Assembly: GCA_964578345.1 (NCBI GenBank) | Contig: CAZOCP010000003.1 | Span: 1,136-65,135, forward strand | Direction: 5' to 3' | Length of the DNA: 64,000 nt | From: Candidatus Woesearchaeota archaeon | Lineage (GTDB): Archaea > Nanobdellota > Nanobdellia > Pacearchaeales > GW2011-AR1 | Part shown: positions 57,906-64,000 of the stretch, piece by piece | How positions within the stretch are numbered: position 1 is the first letter of the stretch | How the letters are laid out: each line of letters starts with the position of its first letter | The notes under the pieces: generated by a model | Seen by the model: only the letters and a program-made list of their open reading frames with translations | What the model was told of the DNA's origin: nothing | Database searches by the model: none | Made by a program: the position numbers and the translations under genes

Positions 57906-58697
57906 ATGACGGAAAAATTTACAAATCCGGTATTAATCAAAGATATTGAAAGAAAAATTGGGAAAATAAGAAGAAGAGGCTTAAATCCTATTAAATTTGG
58001 CATATTAAGAGTTAGAGAACATTATATAGAAAAAGAAGCCAGAACACATTCATATAAAATAGAAGATAACCGTAAAAATGAAACAAGTAGAAAATATAGA
58101 TTAAATAAAAAACATAAAATAAGAGAGGGGGCAAAGAATATAAGAAAAGCTCTTGAATGGGGGTTTAAAAATTTTGATTTTAAAACATTTGATGAAGAAT
58201 TTATAAAGGAGATTGGAGGAAGAATAGACCCAGAATATCATCAAAACCATCCTGCGAGATATAGATCATACGATGAAGGGATTCGCATACTAGGGGGGCC
58301 ATGCATGCCTCCGAGACCAGAAAAAGTAAAAAGAGAAATGGAAAGTTATCTTGCGGCATTACAAATAATTATGAGCGAAGAGAGCCTTGCAGCAGTTATT
58401 GAAGCAGCTGCTTTTGCGCATCTGCATTTAGTTCGAATACATCCATTTAACGACACAAACGGTAGAACAGCTAGAACACTGCAGAATATAATTTTAAAAA
58501 CAAAAGATCTTCCCCCAGCAATAATATACGCAGGAGAGAAAATCGACTATTATAGAAGAGTTCAAACTGGGATTGAAGCATGGAAAGAACGCACAAGTGA
58601 AAGCGCCCAAAGAAATATTGATGTAAAAGGAGAGTATGACTGGTATAATTATATAGCTGGAAAGGTCTCTTCATCTCTTGATAGATTACTTACTTAA
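57906..58697 (+). CDS. Fic/Doc-family protein (putative AMPylase / toxin-like)
   Basis: HPFNDTNGRTAR fits the Fic motif HPFx[DE]GNGRxxR, with T replacing the first G. Confidence 0.65.
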   Translation: MTEKFTNPVLIKDIERKIGKIRRRGLNPIKFGILRVREHYIEKEARTHSYKIEDNRKNETSRKYRLNKKHKIREGAKNIRKALEWGFKNFDFKTFDEEFIKEIGGRIDPEYHQNHPARYRSYDEGIRILGGPCMPPRPEKVKREMESYLAALQIIMSEESLAAVIEAAAFAHLHLVRIHPFNDTNGRTARTLQNIILKTKDLPPAIIYAGEKIDYYRRVQTGIEAWKERTSESAQRNIDVKGEYDWYNYIAGKVSSSLDRLLT

Positions 58698-58735
58698 AGC
58701 ATCAAATTTAATAACTTGTGTAACTGTTTTTATCC

Positions 58736-60175
58736 ATGACAGAATATAATAAAATAGGCTTTAAAGCAGGAATCGAAATACATCAGCAGATAGAAACTGA
58801 TAAATTATTCTGTAATTGCCCAAGTTACTTAAGATCTGACGAACCTAATTTTATCATCGAACGTAAGCTCCATTCCGTTGCAGGAGAAACTGGAGAAATA
58901 GATGTAGCAGTTGCTCATGAAGCAGCTAAAGACAAAACATTTCTTTATCAAGGATATCATGATACAACATGTTTAATTGAATTAGACGAGGAGCCCCCTC
59001 ATTTCATCAATGAAGATGCATTAAACGAAACAATTAAAATATGTCTGCTATTAAACTGTGAAATTTATCCAATGACCCAAATAATGCGAAAGACAGTTAT
59101 TGATGGTTCTAACACTTCAGGTTTCCAGCGCACAATTTTGATAGCGCATGATGGATTTATTGAAACAAGTTTTGGAAAAGTTACTATTCAAACAGTTTGT
59201 TTAGAGGAGGATGCAGCACGCATTATAAATAAAGATGAAAAGCAGACAATTTATCGCCTTGATCGTCTAGGAATACCATTAGTAGAAATAGCTACTGCTC
59301 CGATAATTAATAATCCAAAACAAATTAAAGAAACCGCTTTAAAAATTGGAGAGATGTTGCGCGTCTGTAAAGTCAAAAGAGGAATAGGAACAATCAGACA
59401 AGACATAAATATTAGCATAAAGGGACATGAAAGGGTAGAAATCAAAGGATTTCAAGATCTTGCTATGATGGAAATAACAGCAGAAAAAGAAATCTTGCGC
59501 CAACAGAAGGAAGTTTCTCAGGGAAAAACACAAGGAGAAGTTAGAAACGCACAGGAAGATAGTTCTAGCATTTTTCTACGCCCACTGCCAGGAAGTGCGA
59601 GAATGTACCCTGAAACAGACCTTCCTATTTTAAAAATAAGCAGAGACAAAATTATTTCTTTAAAAAAGGCTCTTCCTAAATTAAAAAATGAAATTAGAGA
59701 AGAACTACAAAAAAAAGGTTTACCGGAAGAATTGTTGCGTTTAGTTTTAGACAGAAATCTAGATGAATTTGAAGTGCTATTGAGAGTACATCCGAAAAAT
59801 CCTAGCTTAGTGGCAAAAATGGTTACTTTATGGAGAGCAGAATTTGCAAGCAAATTAGGTAAAAGGCTTGAAGATATAAAAGAATCTCTAAATGGAAAAG
59901 TTTTGGAGGAAGTATTAGAGAATGTATTCTCGGGAAAGATTGACGAAAAAGATGTTAGAGATGTTTTGTTTAAGATAGCTTCAGGAACAAATCTCGAAGA
60001 AGCATTAAACGTAAAAAAGATTACACATGATAAATTAGAAAAAGAAATTCATAAAATTATGCAAGAAAAACCTGGATTAACAGTTGGTGCATATATGGGT
60101 CTGATAATAGAAAGTCTAGGTTCTGGAATAAATAAGAAAAACGCAATGGATATATTGAAAAAAATTGTGAAATAG
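58736..60175 (+). CDS. gatE: Glu-tRNA(Gln) amidotransferase subunit E (GatE), unusually short at 479 aa
   Basis: GIEIHQQIETDKLFCNCPSYLRSDEP...CLIELDEEPPH and GatE-specific RKTVIDGSNTSGFQRT. Lacks ~130 aa relative to typical GatE, probably the inserted AspRS-like domain (inference). Confidence 0.7.
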   Translation: MTEYNKIGFKAGIEIHQQIETDKLFCNCPSYLRSDEPNFIIERKLHSVAGETGEIDVAVAHEAAKDKTFLYQGYHDTTCLIELDEEPPHFINEDALNETIKICLLLNCEIYPMTQIMRKTVIDGSNTSGFQRTILIAHDGFIETSFGKVTIQTVCLEEDAARIINKDEKQTIYRLDRLGIPLVEIATAPIINNPKQIKETALKIGEMLRVCKVKRGIGTIRQDINISIKGHERVEIKGFQDLAMMEITAEKEILRQQKEVSQGKTQGEVRNAQEDSSSIFLRPLPGSARMYPETDLPILKISRDKIISLKKALPKLKNEIREELQKKGLPEELLRLVLDRNLDEFEVLLRVHPKNPSLVAKMVTLWRAEFASKLGKRLEDIKESLNGKVLEEVLENVFSGKIDEKDVRDVLFKIASGTNLEEALNVKKITHDKLEKEIHKIMQEKPGLTVGAYMGLIIESLGSGINKKNAMDILKKIVK

Positions 60176-60281
60176 ATATTAAGTTTTTTTTGGATCATGA
60201 AGAGACGTAATAAATTAATACTGTGGGATAATTATTATATAATACATAGAACTTTAAATACCTCTTATTCCCAAGAAAAGC

Positions 60282-60950
60282 ATGGAATCTGACTATGAAG
60301 CACTAAAGATAGGAACAGTAAAAGACTTGGGAGATATTTACCAAGTAACTGCGCCTTTAGATAAGCAATTGCGAGCTTTTGCAGATAAAGGCATTCACAC
60401 ACTTGCTGCTCCTGATGAAGTTGCTCAGATACATTTAGCTGGTGTTTCTGAAGATTCCTCAAGAACAAGAATGACATCTATCGTACTAAGGGGCGAAAAA
60501 ACTATTTTAGTTAGAGACTCTATTTCGATGAATCCTTTAATGGCTTCTGCTGCTGTTAGAGATCATGCAAGTGGAAGGTGTTTTGAGACAAGCAGAGATG
60601 TTTATGAAGAAGCCGAAGCACTTGCAAAAAGGCAAGAATCTATAGATCCTGAAGACAGAAGCGCACTTATTGTTTCACAAAGAGGAGGTTTTGTTTTAAC
60701 TCCTAAAATGCCTGAATCTCAGTTCATCTTAAGAAAGCAAACTGAGCCTTACTTTGATAAATTCACTAATGGAACAATGAAATTAGATAATCTTTTCAGA
60801 TATTCAGATAGAAAGGCAATTATTAATTACATGTGGTTTAAGAGAAATTGTAGTCTAGATTGTATTTGGTTGGGCTTGGACAAAGACCGTCCGGCTTATG
60901 GGGTGTTGAGAACTGCTGAAGGCAGCGCAAAAAATACAAGTGCTTCTTAA
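60282..60950 (+). CDS. Conserved hypothetical protein, copy 3 (shortest) of the three-member paralog family
   Basis: Shares KQLRAFADKGIHTLAAPDEVAQIHLAGVSED...ILVRDSI...PESQFI..KQTEPYFD with copies 1 and 2. C-terminus diverges after ...GVLRTAEG. Confidence 0.55.
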   Translation: MESDYEALKIGTVKDLGDIYQVTAPLDKQLRAFADKGIHTLAAPDEVAQIHLAGVSEDSSRTRMTSIVLRGEKTILVRDSISMNPLMASAAVRDHASGRCFETSRDVYEEAEALAKRQESIDPEDRSALIVSQRGGFVLTPKMPESQFILRKQTEPYFDKFTNGTMKLDNLFRYSDRKAIINYMWFKRNCSLDCIWLGLDKDRPAYGVLRTAEGSAKNTSAS

Positions 60951-61089
60951 TTATACAATTATATTCGAAGATTCAATCAAATTATTGAGAGATTAGGCGA
61001 GGTTAAAAAGATGTTAGAAGATATTATTGTTATGCAAAAGAAACCTTAATTAAATACAACATTTGTTTTATCATAAAGTCCTTTTGTTA

Positions 61090-61180
61090 TACCTCGGCTT
61101 TTAAGCCGAGGTTTGTTTGGGACTTTGGGATGCTCAGGAATGCAGCGCCCTAAAGGGCGCTGCATTCCTGACATGATAAA
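61090..61180. repeat. Family-2 hairpin-module repeat, compact ~90-bp unit
   Basis: cctcggct-ttta-agccgagg, then tttgtttgggactttgggatgctc, then caggaatgcagcgccc-taaa-gggcgctgcattcctg, then acatgataaa. Confidence 0.75.
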
Positions 61181-61209
61181 TATTTAAATATCTGATTAAT
61201 TAATTATTT

Positions 61210-61536
61210 ATGAAAAAGTCTAAGATTATATTGTTAATTTCATTATTAGTAGTTGTATTCTTTTTAGGATTTATAATAGGACTTTCTGTTAAAGATGGCA
61301 ATAAAAGCGTCACAGGAAAAGCAGTTTTTGGAGAGGCTGATAATGTAATTAAAACGGAAAGTGGCAATTATACATGGACAACTGCAATATGCAATTCTAA
61401 AAAAGAATGTATTGACGTTCTTATTAAATGTAAAGACGGAGAAGTTGCTGGAATTGAGCCTATATCTAATCTGACAATCTTCTCAGAAGATTGGAAAGAT
61501 TATAGGAATTTAGATAATAAAGATTTTTGCGAATAA
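61210..61536 (+). CDS. Small membrane-anchored Cys-containing protein, hypothetical
   Basis: Signal anchor IILLISLLVVVFFLGFIIGL. Five Cys in the ectodomain. Confidence 0.35.
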   Translation: MKKSKIILLISLLVVVFFLGFIIGLSVKDGNKSVTGKAVFGEADNVIKTESGNYTWTTAICNSKKECIDVLIKCKDGEVAGIEPISNLTIFSEDWKDYRNLDNKDFCE

Positions 61537-61570
61537 AAACGCTTAAAAACACTGTAGTATTCACACAAAT

Positions 61571-62890
61571 ATGATTGATAGGGAGAAATTTCAAAAAGAA
61601 CGAGTGTCTATAAATTCAATTTCTTCTAAAGATGAGAAAAAAAGTGTTATAATAGCAGGATGGCTTTATGATGATAGAGATATAGGCAAAATAAGGTTTG
61701 CATTAATTAGAGATATAACCGGCGAGATACAAGTTACTGGAGTTAAGGGAGAGACTAATGAATTAGTATTCAATAAATTAGGAAAAATTCCTAGAGAAAG
61801 TGTGATAATTGTCAAAGGAAAAGTTGTAAGTAATAAAAAAGCTCCTGGAGGAAGAGAAATAATTCCAGAATCTCTAGAAGTGCTCGCAGAAGCAAAACAA
61901 CCACTCCCAATAGATACATCAGATTTCTCAAAAACAGAACTATCGAAAAGATTAGATTATAGATTTTTAGATTTTCATAGAAAAAGAACTCAAGCTATCT
62001 TTAAAATACAGAGCACAATTACGCAGGCTTTTAGAGAGCATTTTTCTAAAAAAGGATTTATTGAAATTCAACCGCCATGCCTTATCTCTGCTGCATCCGA
62101 AGGCGGCGCAGATTTGTTCAAAGTAAAATATTTCGAAAAGGAAGCCTGTTTAGCGCAAAGCCCTCAACTCTACAAGCAAATGCTTGCCTGTTCACTTGAA
62201 AAAGTATCAATGGTTGCGCCAGTCTGGCGGGCGGAAAAACATAATACAATAAGGCATATAAATGAAATAAGGCAGATGGACATAGAAGCAGCTTTTTATG
62301 ATATGTTTGCAATTATGAAACAGGAGGAGGAATTAATGATTCAAATAATCAAAACATTACTCCAAGAAAGAGCTGATGAATTATCTCTTTTAAGAGTTGA
62401 GCTCAAAATACCTAGTTCACATTATATTTCTTATACGGAAACAATTGAACTTCTTAAGAAAAATAAAGTTAAAATTTACTATGGAGAAGACTTAACGCCC
62501 GATTCTGAAAAAAAATTAGAAGAACTTTTTCCTAATACTTTGTTATTTGTACATTCCTGGCCTCTGTCACTTCGCGCGTTTTACATCATGCCGAAAAAAG
62601 AAGATTTAAAAGCGGAATTGTCAGAAGGATTTGACTTGATATATAAAGGATTGGAAATAACTTCTGGCGGACAGCGCATTCATATTCCTGAGCTATTAAT
62701 CGCGCGTTTGAAAGCTAAGGGGCTTAATCCGAAAGATTTCACTGATTATATAGATTCTTTCCGTTATGGGGCTCCTTATCACAGTGGGTGGAGTATTGGA
62801 CTAGAAAGATTAACAATGGTTTTAACAGCTCAAGAAAACATAAGAGAAACAACAATGTTTCCAAGGGACCGGGACCGTCTCACACCGTAA
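61571..62890 (+). CDS. aspS: Aspartyl-tRNA synthetase, archaeal type
   Basis: OB-fold N-terminus (VIIAGWLYDDRDIGKIRFALIRD), class II motifs (FRAF...P, GGADLFKV, GLERL). Length 439 aa. Confidence 0.85.
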   Translation: MIDREKFQKERVSINSISSKDEKKSVIIAGWLYDDRDIGKIRFALIRDITGEIQVTGVKGETNELVFNKLGKIPRESVIIVKGKVVSNKKAPGGREIIPESLEVLAEAKQPLPIDTSDFSKTELSKRLDYRFLDFHRKRTQAIFKIQSTITQAFREHFSKKGFIEIQPPCLISAASEGGADLFKVKYFEKEACLAQSPQLYKQMLACSLEKVSMVAPVWRAEKHNTIRHINEIRQMDIEAAFYDMFAIMKQEEELMIQIIKTLLQERADELSLLRVELKIPSSHYISYTETIELLKKNKVKIYYGEDLTPDSEKKLEELFPNTLLFVHSWPLSLRAFYIMPKKEDLKAELSEGFDLIYKGLEITSGGQRIHIPELLIARLKAKGLNPKDFTDYIDSFRYGAPYHSGWSIGLERLTMVLTAQENIRETTMFPRDRDRLTP

Positions 62891-62932
62891 CTTGCATAAG
62901 AATTATTAAATAATAATGATTTAGACTAAAAA

Positions 62933-63307
62933 TTGGAACCGCTGCAAAATGAGCCTCTCGAATACCAGATAAAATATATCCGTTTTGTTGCAGAACTTTT
63001 TAAAGATCGTTTTCAACAGGAAAAAGATATAGAATGTATTGATAACATTCTAAATGAATTTGAACAGGACCCTTCACATTTTTTCACATATAAAAATAAA
63101 TATGAAATCATCAATTTTTCCAGATTTACTGCAGCCTATGTCTCTTGGGCTTCTGTTCTTTCTCGTGCTCTTCCAAATTTTTCTTCAGTATATAAAGAAA
63201 AAATCTCAATTTCACCAGACTCATTTTTTCAGCTGGCAGTAGACCCATTCATTTACGCATTTTATATTAAAAAATACCCAAATGAAGCCAGGATTAAGAC
63301 AGCCTAG
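62933..63307 (+). CDS. Hypothetical protein
   Basis: 124-aa ORF with no recognisable motif. Confidence 0.3.
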   Translation: MEPLQNEPLEYQIKYIRFVAELFKDRFQQEKDIECIDNILNEFEQDPSHFFTYKNKYEIINFSRFTAAYVSWASVLSRALPNFSSVYKEKISISPDSFFQLAVDPFIYAFYIKKYPNEARIKTA

Positions 63308-63557
63308 GGTATGGATAACCGCATTGTTTGCGTTACAACGACAAGAAAGTATCCATTAAAGAACTGCGTACTAAAGATATTGGCAATAGGAGACTTCCAC
63401 GGAAAATTTCGAAAGAAGTTCTTTTCAATAATAGATATCTAAGGGCATAAAAATAGAAAAGTCAGAGTAAAAATGATATGATTATCTCATTTATAGAGTA
63501 AAATTTAATATCAAAAGAATTAAATAAGTTTATAAATCATGATCTTCTTTTTAATAC

Positions 63558-63812
63558 ATGAATCAAATTTCAGACAAAGAACGCTCTAAAATTCAATCGG
63601 AAGCCAGAGAAATACTGGAAAAATTCGGCAAATCTCTTGAAAGTATAAAAACGATTCCAAGAAAAAAAATCGATCAAAAATTATCTCTTGGATTCAGAGA
63701 AGATAGCCAAAGTCATGAAGAGATAACAGACCCGGACTTTAGAAAACGCATACTTGCTAACTCGCCAAAACATAACGAAGATTCAGTCATAGCAGAAAAA
63801 AAACAATGGTAA
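63558..63812 (+). CDS. Hypothetical small charged protein
   Basis: 84 aa. Overlaps the next ORF start (ATG at 63806) by 7 nt. Confidence 0.3.
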   Translation: MNQISDKERSKIQSEAREILEKFGKSLESIKTIPRKKIDQKLSLGFREDSQSHEEITDPDFRKRILANSPKHNEDSVIAEKKQW

Positions 63813-64000
63813 CAAAGAAATACCAAAAGAAAGATAAGAAAAATGGACTTTCACAAAAAAAGAAAGGCATTAAGTCAAAAGAGACTGAAAAAGATATTGA
63901 GACTATTGAAAAAGAAATGAATAATCTCGGCAGAAAAAATAATAATGATGAATCATTTTCAGATGTAGAAATAAAATCATCTAAATCTATCTCACAAATA
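63806..64000 (+). CDS. Partial hypothetical Lys-rich protein (continues beyond window)
   Basis: Open frame from ATG 63806 to the window end: MVTKKYQKKDKKNGLSQKKKGIKSKETEKDIETIEKEMNNLGRKNNNDES... Confidence 0.3.
   Translation, partial: MVTKKYQKKDKKNGLSQKKKGIKSKETEKDIETIEKEMNNLGRKNNNDESFSDVEIKSSKSISQI

Overview
AT-rich archaeal chromosome segment, roughly one-third GC by eye. The informational genes are archaeal: unsplit family-B DNA polymerase, FEN1, Cdc48, TFS, GatD/GatE plus GatB, archaeal-type ProRS and AspRS, deoxyhypusine synthase, a histone-fold protein, Sec11-type signal peptidase, and four tRNAs (two with introns at 37/38). The gene content and repeat load suggest a DPANN-like or other small-genome archaeon, but that placement is inference. 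About 65 protein genes are supportable, including a surface-glycan cluster at 23.8-31.3 kb, three large Cys-rich secreted proteins, a VKOR-like oxidoreductase, three toxin-antitoxin-like pairs and two IS transposase remnants. No rRNA or CRISPR array was seen. The most unusual content is non-coding: (i) a mosaic family of GC-rich hairpin-module repeats, REP/BIME-like, with apex motif GAATC-N3-GATTC, present in at least ten intergenic sites; (ii) a ~125-bp near-identical structured element with a UUCG tetraloop and compensatory changes between its two copies; (iii) a three-copy, compositionally foreign paralogous gene family carrying its own conserved promoter; and (iv) a ~3.6-kb repeat-dense, GC-richer non-coding landscape at 17.3-21 kb, including a ~470-nt segment closed by complementary G-rich and C-rich termini. 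All calls are from reading the sequence; no database search was possible.
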